Positions 28,128 through 37,020 are shown, counted from the stretch's first letter. The stretch: 64,000 bases of DNA from Hyphomicrobiales bacterium (GCA_031417515.1 JANOVS010000214.1:13871-77870); one strand, 5' to 3'. Numbers and translations are program-made. Notes: generated from the sequence alone by a model not told the origin.

Positions 28128-28279
28128 TGGACCTGTTGCGTTTCGTCACAACAGGGCGATGGACCTGCAAACAGCAAACGCCAAGTTCTGTACGCGGGTA
28201 CAGGACCGAACCTATAACTGTTCGCACTCACGTTGCCGCAGCGCCCATGGGGCCCTGCATGACGAAAGTCGATCCATTT

Positions 28280-28431
28280 GTTCTCTTTCATCCGGACTAT
28301 ACCGTCGGCCCCGGAATTACACCGGGTCTGCTGACACCCAGACAAGGAATTTCCCCGTCCAGGCCGCTCGCGGGCTTCTGGACATTCATCCAGTTTACCG
28401 CCGGTGGGGAGTTTCACCCCGCCCTGAGAAC
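28280..28431 (-). promoter_or_regulatory. FMN riboswitch (RFN element)
   Basis: The minus strand reads GTTCTCAGGGCGGGGTGAAACTCCCCACCGGCGGTAAAC...AGCCCGCGAGC...GTCAGCAGACCCGGTGTAATTCCGGGGCCGACGGTATAGTCCGGATGAAAGAGAAC. All conserved RFN blocks and the P1 pairing TTCTC/GAGAA are present. Confidence 0.9.
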
Positions 28432-28622
28432 TTGACACGTCCTTAGCGGGATGCTTCGAATTAAGCAACAGCCCACACGCCAAACATGATCTGGCATGCG
28501 TTCAAATCAACCAGATCATGAATTGTTCCGGTAGTGTATCAGTTTGAAATCCAACGCCCAAATCCACCTATCGCAAGCCGTCTCGACTTCCTATATGCTT
28601 ATCGGAAAGTGCAGGAGCAATT

Positions 28623-28829
28623 ATGGACCTTAAAATCACTAGTTTGGAATACGCCACCTTAGAGCCTTACTTGGCGGGTGTTCTCGCCGACGTTGAACGC
28701 GGACATATTGACAGAAGAACGGCGCTCCCCATGCTCATGGGGCCGCTTAAGCGTATTCTAAGCGGCAATGGACAGGGCGTTTTTGACGAACTCACAACTG
28801 TGATGCAAAGCTGGAGTAAGCGCGGATAA
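28623..28829 (+). CDS. hypothetical 68-aa protein (cassette ORF A)
   Basis: AGGAG lies 5 nt upstream of the ATG. I recognise no motif. Confidence 0.4.
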   Translation: MDLKITSLEYATLEPYLAGVLADVERGHIDRRTALPMLMGPLKRILSGNGQGVFDELTTVMQSWSKRG

Positions 28830-28980
28830 TGCCTAAAGGCCCCAAAGGCTGGACTGCCTAAAAAATACAAAAAATTAATATCTTAGTGGAGTCCTTGGCG
28901 CGACACGTTAACGACTTGTCAATGCCTTATTGGCAACCTATCTTGTGGTTCTGTGTTTTGGCAATGCAGGGAGAGTTACA

Positions 28981-29274
28981 ATGCGAGATATGAAAAAAAT
29001 TGCCAAAATCGTCAAAGAGGTTTTGGCAAGCGATTTTGATAACATAAAGATCATTGAAGTTCGGGTACGTGATGATTTGGATTCCGAAGGTGAAGAAGTA
29101 TTGCGCGTTGATGTGATATTTGAAGGCGCGCGCAAAGACGTGGACGTTGCCCGTCTGACGGGTGCTGTCCGACACGTTCGCCTCAAGCTGTATGAGGCAG
29201 ACGAAAGAGCATTTCCTGTTATTTCGTTTATTTCAAAGAAAGATGCTGGGGTTTCTGAGTTTGTTGCCACGTGA
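28981..29274 (+). CDS. hypothetical 97-aa acidic protein (cassette ORF B), possible partner/antitoxin of ORF C
   Basis: GGGAGAG lies upstream of the ATG at 28981. The segment EVRVRDDLDSEGEEVLRVDVIFEG is vaguely reminiscent of a minimal-nucleotidyltransferase strand-acidic-strand pattern but lacks the GS motif. It overlaps ORF C by 32 nt. Confidence 0.45.
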   Translation: MRDMKKIAKIVKEVLASDFDNIKIIEVRVRDDLDSEGEEVLRVDVIFEGARKDVDVARLTGAVRHVRLKLYEADERAFPVISFISKKDAGVSEFVAT

Positions 29275-29737
29275 TCTTATTGCGACGGCCTTTGATTTGG
29301 CCGATGCAAATAATAAGAAACCGCGCCAATCTCATTTACTTAGGGCGATAAGCACCACTTACTATGCAATGTTTCATGCGCTGGCCAGGTGTTGCGCCGA
29401 CACCATGATCGGAACAAACGGAGCATCAAGAAGTAAACCAGCTTGGCAACAAGTTTATCGTTCTCTTGAGCACGGGCAATGTAAAGAATCCTGCAAAAAG
29501 CGCGATAAAATGGAGCGCTTCCCTGCTGAGATACAAGACTTTGCAAATCTCTTTATTTCCATGCAAGAGAAGCGGCATAAAGCAGATTACGACCCGACAG
29601 AGAGAGCGTATAAATCCTCTGTGCTGCTGGACATAGATCAGGCACAGCTTGCCATAAAGCGGTTTGAAGCTGCTCCACTTAAAGACCGAAGAGCATTTGC
29701 GGCATGGGTTTTGTTCAAGCCGCTGCGGAAAATATAA
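29243..29737 (+). CDS. HEPN-like alpha-helical protein (cassette ORF C)
   Basis: 164 aa from the ATG at 29243. It is predicted all-helical (SHLLRAISTTYYAMFHALARCCAD...). The motif EKRHKADYDP followed by a helical QAQLAIKRFEAA resembles the R-x-x-A-[DE]-Y motif of HEPN (PF05168-type) domains. Its stop TAA ends on the first base of the right inverted repeat. Confidence 0.5.
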   Translation: MLGFLSLLPRDLIATAFDLADANNKKPRQSHLLRAISTTYYAMFHALARCCADTMIGTNGASRSKPAWQQVYRSLEHGQCKESCKKRDKMERFPAEIQDFANLFISMQEKRHKADYDPTERAYKSSVLLDIDQAQLAIKRFEAAPLKDRRAFAAWVLFKPLRKI

Positions 29738-29846
29738 TTTCAAACTGATACACTACCATTGTTCCGTGAGTGGAGCGTCTCAAACTGAGATCTTATCGTC
29801 ATTCAACACCCTGAATAGGATTGCTAACGTGATACAAAAGCTACGA

Positions 29847-32240
29847 TTACAGATTGATTGACTTCAGCCGGATGGCATTGCCGATGACACTCACGGACGA
29901 GAGCGCCATGGCCGCTGCTGCGATCATCGGGGACAGCAAAAGACCGAAGACGGGATAGAGCACGCCTGCCGCGATTGGCACACCGGCCGCATTGTAGATG
30001 AAGGCAAAGAACAGATTCTGGCGAATATTGTTCATCGTGGCGCGTGACAGCGTGACCGCCTTGGCAATGCCATTGAGATCACCTTTCAGCAACGTGATGC
30101 CAGCACTTTCCATGGCAACATCGGTGCCTGTGCCCATGGCAATGCCAACATCAGCGGCGGCCAAGGCAGGCGCGTCATTTACCCCATCACCGGCCATGGC
30201 CACAACGTGTCCCTCGCGTTTGAACTTGGCGACGATGTCAGCTTTTTGATCTGGCAGAACATCGGCTTCAACGTCAGCAATGCCAAGTTTCCGGGCGATG
30301 GCATTTGCGGTGGTGCGGTTGTCGCCCGTCAGCATGATAATTCTAATGCCTTGTGCGCGCAGGGCTGTCAGTGCCGCTGGCGTGGACGCCTTGATCGGGT
30401 CTGATATGCCGAACACACCAGCCGCCTTGCCATTCACGGCCATGAATATGGCGGTCGCACCTTCATTGCGGAGTGTTTCAGCACTTGCGGCCAATGCGTT
30501 TACAGGGATGCTGAGTTCGCTCAGGAAGTTTGCATTGCCAAGGGCGATGCGCTTCCGCTCGACCATGCCGATTGCACCTTTGCCAATGGGTGAATCAAAG
30601 CCCATGACTTTCACCAAGGCAATGCCGCGGGACTTGGCAGCGTTGACAATGGCGGCGGCGAGGGGATGTTCGCTGGCTTGCTCAACGCTGGCGGCCAATC
30701 GCAACAGTTCAGTTTCTTCGATACCTTCAGCAGTGATGATTGAAGTGACGGCAGGTTTTCCCTCCGTCAAAGTGCCGGTTTTATCAACAACGAGCGTGTC
30801 GACTTTTTCCATGCGCTCCAGGCTTTCGGCGTTCTTGATCAGCACGCCCGATTGTGCGCCACGACCAACCCCCACCATGATTGACATGGGCGTGGCAAGG
30901 CCAAGCGCACAGGGGCAGGCAATGATGAGAACAGCAACGGCGGCAACCAAACCATAGGCATAGCGTGGTTCTGGTCCCCAAATCGACCATGCAGCAAATG
31001 CCGCGATCGCTACAGCCAACACCAGCGGCACAAACCATCCCGACACACGGTCGGCCAGTCGTTGGATGGGTGCGCGGCTGCGTTGCGCATCGGCGACCAT
31101 CTGCACGATACGCGCCAGCATCGTGTCGCGACCAACTTTTTCCGCTGACATGATAAAGCTGCCTGTGGCATTCAAGGTTCCGCCAATCAGTTTAGCGCCA
31201 ACGTCTTTCGACACTGGCATCGATTCACCCGTCACCATTGATTCATCAAGAGTGGCGCGACCTTCGATCAACACACCATCAACCGGAACTTTTTCACCGG
31301 GTCGAACCCGCAAGCTGTCGCCCGCAACAATCAAAGCGATTGCTACATCTTCTTCGGTGCCGTCGGCATTCACGCGCCGCGCCGTTTTCGGTGCCAGTCC
31401 GAGAAGGGCCTTGATGGCACCTGAGGTCTGATCACGGGCCCGCAGTTCCAGCACCTGACCCAGCAGCACCAATACAGTGATGACAGCAGCCGCCTCAAAA
31501 TAGACGGCGACCGAGCCATCAGGCTGACGAAAGGCAGGCGGGAAAATCTGCGGCATCACCGTTGCGATGATACTGTAAATCCAGGCGATGCCAGTGCCCA
31601 TGGCAATCAGTGTAAACATGTTGAGATTGCGGGTTCTCAACGATTCAAACCCGCGCACGAAGAAAGGCCAACCCGCCCACAACACCACAGGAGTGGCAAG
31701 GCCCAATTGAATCCAATTATTCGTCTGTCTGCCAAGCGTCATCATCAAGCCAGTGATGTGTCCGCCCATTTCCAATGCAAGCACAGGCAATGCCAGCACC
31801 AAGCCAATCCAGAATCGCCGCGACATGTCGATCAGTTCATGGTTGGGCCCGGTTTCAGCCGTAACAACAAGGGGTTCCAAGGCCATGCCGCAAATCGGGC
31901 AGGAGCCCGGACCAACCTGCCGGATTTCGGGGTGCATCGGGCAGGTAAACTCAGTTCCTTCCGGCATCGGTTCAGTCGGTTCTTGGGCAACAGGCTCAAG
32001 GTATTTCAGCGGCGTTGCAACAAACTTGCTGAGACAACTGGCACTGCAGAAATGATACGCCACCCCCTGATATTCAGCATGATGGGGCGTGGTTACAGGG
32101 TTCACGGTCATTCCACAGACCGGATCAATGGCTGACTGTGTTGTCTCCGGTTGTTGGTGTGAATGAATTTTGGTTTGTGAGTGCGTCATGCTTTGATCTT
32201 GGAGTCCGGAGTTTCTGGCCATTTTGTGCTGTCCCTTCAT
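29847..32240 (-). CDS. copA: copper(I)/silver-translocating P1B-type ATPase with N-terminal YHS/TRASH and CPxH...CPICGM metal-binding modules
   Basis: Motifs are DPVCGMTV...[33 protein letters not shown], the TM CPC ([13 protein letters not shown]), DKTGTLT and GDGVNDAP. The start is uncertain; an alternative ATG lies at 32189. Confidence 0.9.
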   Translation of the reverse strand: MKGQHKMARNSGLQDQSMTHSQTKIHSHQQPETTQSAIDPVCGMTVNPVTTPHHAEYQGVAYHFCSASCLSKFVATPLKYLEPVAQEPTEPMPEGTEFTCPMHPEIRQVGPGSCPICGMALEPLVVTAETGPNHELIDMSRRFWIGLVLALPVLALEMGGHITGLMMTLGRQTNNWIQLGLATPVVLWAGWPFFVRGFESLRTRNLNMFTLIAMGTGIAWIYSIIATVMPQIFPPAFRQPDGSVAVYFEAAAVITVLVLLGQVLELRARDQTSGAIKALLGLAPKTARRVNADGTEEDVAIALIVAGDSLRVRPGEKVPVDGVLIEGRATLDESMVTGESMPVSKDVGAKLIGGTLNATGSFIMSAEKVGRDTMLARIVQMVADAQRSRAPIQRLADRVSGWFVPLVLAVAIAAFAAWSIWGPEPRYAYGLVAAVAVLIIACPCALGLATPMSIMVGVGRGAQSGVLIKNAESLERMEKVDTLVVDKTGTLTEGKPAVTSIITAEGIEETELLRLAASVEQASEHPLAAAIVNAAKSRGIALVKVMGFDSPIGKGAIGMVERKRIALGNANFLSELSIPVNALAASAETLRNEGATAIFMAVNGKAAGVFGISDPIKASTPAALTALRAQGIRIIMLTGDNRTTANAIARKLGIADVEADVLPDQKADIVAKFKREGHVVAMAGDGVNDAPALAAADVGIAMGTGTDVAMESAGITLLKGDLNGIAKAVTLSRATMNNIRQNLFFAFIYNAAGVPIAAGVLYPVFGLLLSPMIAAAAMALSSVSVIGNAIRLKSINL

Positions 32241-32251
32241 TTTGGTTTCAC

Positions 32252-32488
32252 TCAGCTCTTCAGCACGCGACTGCGTTCTTCGAATTCGGTTTTGTCGATT
32301 TCGCCTTTTGCGAAACGCTCCTTGAGAATGTCGGGCGCTGAATTCCGGCCTTTACCCGCAAAGTTGCCCGTATTTTGACTCAGCCACTTGACCAGCAGCA
32401 TGATGGCCGCAACCGTCACGGCAAGGACCACGATCATAAAAAATGGTCCGAAAAACATGTTGTAGCCACCATCGTTCCACCACATCAT
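32252..32488 (-). CDS. SHOCT-domain small membrane protein
   Basis: 78 aa with one TM and the C-terminal [22 protein letters not shown] (SHOCT motif). It lies 11 nt upstream of the ATPase gene. Confidence 0.7.
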   Translation of the reverse strand: MMWWNDGGYNMFFGPFFMIVVLAVTVAAIMLLVKWLSQNTGNFAGKGRNSAPDILKERFAKGEIDKTEFEERSRVLKS

Positions 32489-32632
32489 TTGAAATCTCCA
32501 TTCTAATCAGTTGCAACGGATTTGCGGTCCCGGATATCCATGCCTCCGTGTGAGAATCGGAGTTTGTTGGCGGTTTGTGGAAAACGCTTGTCAGTCTTGC
32601 GAGTCATGATGGCAGATTGCCAGTTACCAGCA

Positions 32633-32646
32633 TTGATCTCTGTCAA
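32633..32646. promoter_or_regulatory. FNR/FixK-type box TTGATCTCTGTCAA (9/10)
   Basis: It lies in the 477-nt non-coding region upstream of SHOCT-copA. The centre is about 151 nt from the SHOCT ATG. Confidence 0.35.
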
Positions 32647-32965
32647 GTGCTGCAGCCCGCGCCAATAACTGATCGTGCCACAGGGTCGCAGGCGGAATTG
32701 TTCATTATCGAATGCGATGGACGTTCCATTGTGACCGGCTTTTGAACTCAGTCAGGATGACTGAGGAGGAAGCCCTCTAAATCGAAATGCGCTTTTAACG
32801 GCTTGTTGGTTGCGGAAGCCTGCAACCATCAGTACTTGCGGTCACGAGGAAGCCATGGTGTGTAAGCGGCGCGTTTGGCGCGCCTGGTATCGCAAGCGCA
32901 GAAGATTGCCGAGATTGCACTTTCATTCGTCTGTCGCAAACTCTTCCATCACGGAAAGAACGGAC

Positions 32966-34528
32966 TCACCACACACCGTTGCCCGCACGCATGCGCTCTC
33001 TCGGCAAGATGATGTTGTAGTGCGCGCGGATATTTGCATCGACGTCTTCGCCGATGTGGCGGGGATAATGTTCCGTCAAGATCTTGCGCACCCGGTCGCG
33101 GGCGGGGGCACGGGCATCTTTCGCACCGGCCTGTTGCCACTCATTGGTGCTGCGCCGGCAGGCAATCTCGGGATATACATAATCGGTTTTCATGCGAGCA
33201 AGTGTTTGCGCGTGTCCCAGAAAATGGCCAGGTCCCATGACCGTGTCGCGGATGACGTCGAAGCTCAGCGTATCTTCGCTCACTTCAATGCCTTTCACTG
33301 TGCGCAGGATGGCACCCAGCAGATCATTGTCAATCACGTAACCTTCCAGCGTGGTGCCCATCAATGAAGCCTGCATGCCCGCACATTCATGGATCATCGT
33401 GGCGCCCGCATGGGCCGCGAGAGAAATGGTGTAGCCTTTTTCACCGCCACTCTGCGCGTCAGGCAGTTTGCTGTCGGTCATGCCGGCGGGAACAGAATTG
33501 GGAAGATCATAGAAATTTGCCATTTGCGCACAGGCCGCCGAAAGCAAAGCCTGTTCGCCAGAACCGCCTGACATGGCCCCCGTGCGCAAGTCAGACACAA
33601 AGGGCCAGGCAGCAAAGATGCCGCGGCAGTTGGGGTCAATGATATTGCACAACACAAGTCCTGCCAGAACCTCCGCACAAGCCTGCGCCACGGCGCCCGC
33701 CAACGCGGCAGGTGCTGTCGCTCCGGCTTGCCCGGCTGATACAAGCAAGATGGGCATGCCAGCGAGAACGGCGGCTTCCAGTGCGTCACAGCTTTCCGTG
33801 GCAAAGCGCATCGGCGGCACAACATGGCAGCACACGGCGGTGCAGAAGGGTCGCTCACGATGCTTACCCTCGCCGCCCGCTGCCGCATCCAACATGGGCT
33901 GCACAGCGCGGGCGCTATTGCCATCGGTATAGCTTACGGCGATGGATTTTGTCGTGCCTGCAAGGCAGGCATAGGTCGTGTTCATATCGAGGTCGTGAAT
34001 CGAGTTTGCATCGCGCGCCACGATGGAGCGGTGATACCAATGAATATTGTCGAGCTTGTCCACCAGCCGCGCAATGTCATAGAGATCGGCAACAGTGCTT
34101 TCGCGGTAAAGTCCCGTCTCAAAGTCCATGATGGTGGGTGCCGCACCGCCCGTGCCAGTGTGGACGCGCTTGCCGCCGATCTCGATATCATGGCGGGGAT
34201 CGAGTCCATGCAGCGTAAAGGAGCGCCGCGAGCGGGCAATCACATCTTCAACAAGGCCGCGCGGAAAATGCAGGCGGCCCTCATTGTCCATCCGGCATCC
34301 GGCTTCCACCGCGCGCCGCTCAAGGCTGGGCGTGATTTGCGACAGGCCAAGCTCTTCAAGCAACTGCAGCACCAGGTGATGAACGCGCAGAACTTCGCTG
34401 TCAGTCAAAGGCTTGTATCGGCCACCCACCATGCCGGGGGAGATGGGAGATATGGCTTTTAAAGGGTCAGCATCGGCACGCGGACGGCGACCGGTGCGGC
34501 GGGGGCTTTCGGTTGTGGCAACATTCAT
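32966..34528 (-). CDS. MttB-superfamily (trimethylamine methyltransferase-like) protein, non-pyrrolysine type
   Basis: 520 aa uninterrupted, with no in-frame TAG. The N-terminus ...GGRYKPLTDSEVLRVHHLVLQLLEELG and overall length are typical of MttB/MtgB homologs. Confidence 0.8.
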   Translation of the reverse strand: MNVATTESPRRTGRRPRADADPLKAISPISPGMVGGRYKPLTDSEVLRVHHLVLQLLEELGLSQITPSLERRAVEAGCRMDNEGRLHFPRGLVEDVIARSRRSFTLHGLDPRHDIEIGGKRVHTGTGGAAPTIMDFETGLYRESTVADLYDIARLVDKLDNIHWYHRSIVARDANSIHDLDMNTTYACLAGTTKSIAVSYTDGNSARAVQPMLDAAAGGEGKHRERPFCTAVCCHVVPPMRFATESCDALEAAVLAGMPILLVSAGQAGATAPAALAGAVAQACAEVLAGLVLCNIIDPNCRGIFAAWPFVSDLRTGAMSGGSGEQALLSAACAQMANFYDLPNSVPAGMTDSKLPDAQSGGEKGYTISLAAHAGATMIHECAGMQASLMGTTLEGYVIDNDLLGAILRTVKGIEVSEDTLSFDVIRDTVMGPGHFLGHAQTLARMKTDYVYPEIACRRSTNEWQQAGAKDARAPARDRVRKILTEHYPRHIGEDVDANIRAHYNIILPRERMRAGNGVW

Positions 34529-34621
34529 GAGGCAACACTACATCGAAAGTCTCATGGTTACAAATTGGCAAAGAGAGGTGCACCGCCGTTTGCAGGCCTG
34601 TGACCGCAAGTGCCGCCGTAC

Positions 34622-34658
34622 AAAAACCCCAGCAAACATTGATTTTGCTGGGGTTTTT
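34622..34658. terminator. bidirectional rho-independent terminator
   Basis: AAAAA-CCCCAGCAAA-cattgat-TTTGCTGGGG-TTTTT. A 10-bp perfect stem is flanked by A and T runs, immediately 3' of the tRNA on the minus strand. Confidence 0.7.
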
Positions 34659-34666
34659 CTTCGGAC

Positions 34667-34743
<77 letters not shown>

Positions 34744-34767
34744 TCAATGGTGCTTAACGCTGAGCGC

Positions 34768-34796
34768 TATGTATGAGGCCTTGGGCGCAAACGCAA
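34768..34796 (-). promoter_or_regulatory. candidate sigma70-type promoter for the tRNA
   Basis: The minus strand has TTGCGT (34796-34791), a 17-nt spacer, then TACATA (34773-34768). This is about 25 nt upstream of the tRNA 5' end. Confidence 0.3.
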
Positions 34797-35063
34797 CTCT
34801 TTTCGTCACACATGGCGAAACAAATTGCACCGCGCCGAAACACATCGGTAACTTGCCATTAACCCATTATTTTATTTAGATTTTCATTTGGAAACTGTTT
34901 CGAAACCATCAGTTGTTATTGTGTGTTCATGACATGCGTTGCCCTCGAGCGGGGAAGTGTCAATGGGATGATCCGGGATTGGGTACTGCGTACCCGGGTT
35001 GCCAGTTTGTAAAGTGGGGAGCTTTCCATCAGGAAAACTCCCCATTTGTTTTGGTGAACCCGA

Positions 35064-36053
35064 TCAAACCTTGACAGGTTTGCCGGTTTGCCACGACACG
35101 GTCGCCGCATCGGCCAATATGCCAGCTTGCAAGCCATCGAAGCCTGATGGCTTTGGATTGCGGTCGCCCGTCTCAACCGCATTGATGAACGTGTTAAGTT
35201 CGTTGGTGTAGGCTTGGAAATAGCGTTCGAGGAAGAAGTTCTGCACCGGGTCGGCTTGGGTGCCGTCGCCGTTGTGCAATTGCACCGTGGTGTTGTGCAC
35301 GTTGGCGGCGGTGAGCATGCCCTTTGAGCCATGCACTTCCATGCGCTGGTCGTAGCCGTAGGTGGCGCGGCGGGAATTGGTGATGACGGCGATGCGGCCT
35401 GAGGCGGTTTGCATTTGAACGGCTGCCGTATCCACGTCACCTGCTTCGCCGATGCCCTTGTCGACCAGCGATGAACCCAGCGCTTGCACCACAACAAATT
35501 CCTCGCCCATCAGAAAGCGGGCCATGTCGAAGTCGTGGATCATCATGTCGCGGAACAAGCCGCCGGAACCTGCCACGTAGGATGGCGGTGGCGGGTTTGG
35601 ATCGCGCGAAATGACTGTCACGATTTCAACTTCACCGACAGCGCCACCGCGGATACGGCGTTCGAGTTCGGCAAAGTTTGGATCGAAGCGGCGGTTGAAA
35701 CCGATCATCAAGGTGGACTTGTTCTTCTCCACCACTTTCAAAGTGGCGTGAATGGCTTCTACCGACAGCGACACCGGCTTTTCGCACATAATGGCTTTGC
35801 CGTTGTTCGATGCAGCCTGGATTTGCTCGGCATGAAAACCTGTGGGCGAGCCGATCAACACGGCATCCACGTCCTTTGACTTCATGATCTCGTCAACGGA
35901 AGCAACCTTGGCGCCATATTTCGCCGCCAATTCCGCAGCGGCGGCTGGCATGGCGTCCGCGATGTAGGCAAGTTTGGCCTTGGGGTTTGCAGCGATGGTG
36001 GCCGAATGCACTTTGCCAATACGGCCAGCGCCAATGACGCCAAATCTGATCAT
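35064..36053 (-). CDS. Gfo/Idh/MocA oxidoreductase, myo-inositol 2-dehydrogenase-like (IolG/IdhA/MocA)
   Basis: 329 aa. The motif MIRFGVIGAGRIGKVHS is present, and ...MCEKP and the C-terminal pattern match inositol dehydrogenases. Confidence 0.8.
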   Translation of the reverse strand: MIRFGVIGAGRIGKVHSATIAANPKAKLAYIADAMPAAAAELAAKYGAKVASVDEIMKSKDVDAVLIGSPTGFHAEQIQAASNNGKAIMCEKPVSLSVEAIHATLKVVEKNKSTLMIGFNRRFDPNFAELERRIRGGAVGEVEIVTVISRDPNPPPPSYVAGSGGLFRDMMIHDFDMARFLMGEEFVVVQALGSSLVDKGIGEAGDVDTAAVQMQTASGRIAVITNSRRATYGYDQRMEVHGSKGMLTAANVHNTTVQLHNGDGTQADPVQNFFLERYFQAYTNELNTFINAVETGDRNPKPSGFDGLQAGILADAATVSWQTGKPVKV

Positions 36054-36073
36054 GTTGTTCTCTCCAATTTTAT

Positions 36074-36191
36074 CTCCCTCCCCCTTGTGGGGAGGGCAGG
36101 GGTGGGGGTCGGGTGGTGTTTCTAATTTGGGAAGAAAAAATTCAAGTTCCGAGCGACCCCCACCCCGACCCTCCCCACAAGGGGGAGGGAG
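36074..36191. repeat. composite palindromic intergenic element (two 38-bp inverted arms, each itself a GC-rich hairpin)
   Basis: The left arm CTCCCTCCCCCTTGTGGGGAGGGCAGGGGTGGGGGTCG (36074-36111) matches the reverse complement of 36154-36191 at 36/38 positions. The inner CCCTCCCC..GGGGAGGG is self-complementary. Confidence 0.7.
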
Positions 36192-36213
36192 AAGTGGAGG
36201 GTCAGGATGGAAA

Positions 36214-37017
36214 CTATTTCGTCGCCATCAACTGCTTGAACTTGTCCATTTCGTCTTTCGGTGCCGCAACGATGTAGGGCTCAGATGGATAAGCGCCGGA
36301 TTGCACTTCATCGACAAAACTTTTGAATGCGCCGATGCGAATGTCCTGGATTTTCGCATATTCCTTGGCGAGGTCAGCGTATTTCTTGGAATGCCGCGGC
36401 ACTTTTCCGGTGTTGTATCCGAGCACATCGCAACCAAACAAATATTGGCAATCGCCGCCCTTGCCGCCGCCCATGGACACCAGAAACAGATTGGTGTGTT
36501 TGGCAATTCCCGCCGTCACCTCAGGTGGCACCACTTCGATTTCAACACCGAATGCACCAACCGCCTCATAACGTTTGCAGCGTTCATAAACTTGCATGGC
36601 GCTGTCTGCGGTTTTGCCCACACCTTTGAAACCGCCTGTCCAGGTGCAATAGTGGGGTACGAGACCCACATGGCCGATGACCGGGATGTAGTCTTTGGCC
36701 ATGCGCTCCACGGTATCGAACGATGCTGCGCAATAGACTGCATCTGCACCTGCTTCCATCATCTTGAAAGCCCAGCGCATATAGTCATCGACAGCGGCAG
36801 GCGCGCCATAAAGTGCCATGCCTGGCACAGCGAAAAGCGATGGGGCCACATCGCGGAAATGTTTTTGCACCAGCATCTCTGGCGGCACCGACACCATGTC
36901 GATGCCAGCAGCTTCTGCGGCTGCAAGCTCTTCCCACGTTTCGACGCGCATCATGGTGTATTGATATTTGCCCTTGTTGGCGCGAACATCAGCAACGGTC
37001 GGACGTTTCTTGGCCAT
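36214..37017 (-). CDS. PanB-like 3-methyl-2-oxobutanoate hydroxymethyltransferase family protein
   Basis: 267 aa. The N-terminus KRPTVADVRANKGKYQYTMMRVETWEELAAAEAAGIDMVSV and later GHVGLVP fit the ketopantoate hydroxymethyltransferase / PEP-mutase-superfamily TIM barrel. Confidence 0.7.
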   Translation of the reverse strand: MAKKRPTVADVRANKGKYQYTMMRVETWEELAAAEAAGIDMVSVPPEMLVQKHFRDVAPSLFAVPGMALYGAPAAVDDYMRWAFKMMEAGADAVYCAASFDTVERMAKDYIPVIGHVGLVPHYCTWTGGFKGVGKTADSAMQVYERCKRYEAVGAFGVEIEVVPPEVTAGIAKHTNLFLVSMGGGKGGDCQYLFGCDVLGYNTGKVPRHSKKYADLAKEYAKIQDIRIGAFKSFVDEVQSGAYPSEPYIVAAPKDEMDKFKQLMATK

Positions 37018-37020
37018 GAT

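Larger units (their letters stand above)
28530..29757. mobile_element. transposase-less cassette bounded by 21-bp perfect terminal inverted repeats and flanked by 9-bp direct repeats
   Basis: The left end GGTAGTGTATCAGTTTGAAAT (28530-28550) is the exact reverse complement of the right end ATTTCAAACTGATACACTACC (29737-29757). ATTGTTCCG occurs just outside both ends (28522-28530, sharing one base with the left repeat, and 28758-equivalent 29758-29766). The interior is visibly AT-richer than its flanks and holds three small ORFs. Confidence 0.65.

Noticed and set aside
32489-32965. 477-nt gap scanned for a small gene, riboswitch or sRNA
   Set aside because: No ORF with an RBS was found. I recognised no conserved riboswitch core. 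Only a short hairpin (GGTTGC...GCAACC near 32808) and one FNR-like box are present, which is not enough to call a feature.
34744-35063. 320-nt region upstream of the tRNA examined for an RNA gene
   Set aside because: I saw only a plausible tRNA promoter and a hairpin (GGGGAG...CTCCCC near 35017-35046), which is probably the IolG-like gene terminator. No known RNA family signature was recognised by eye.
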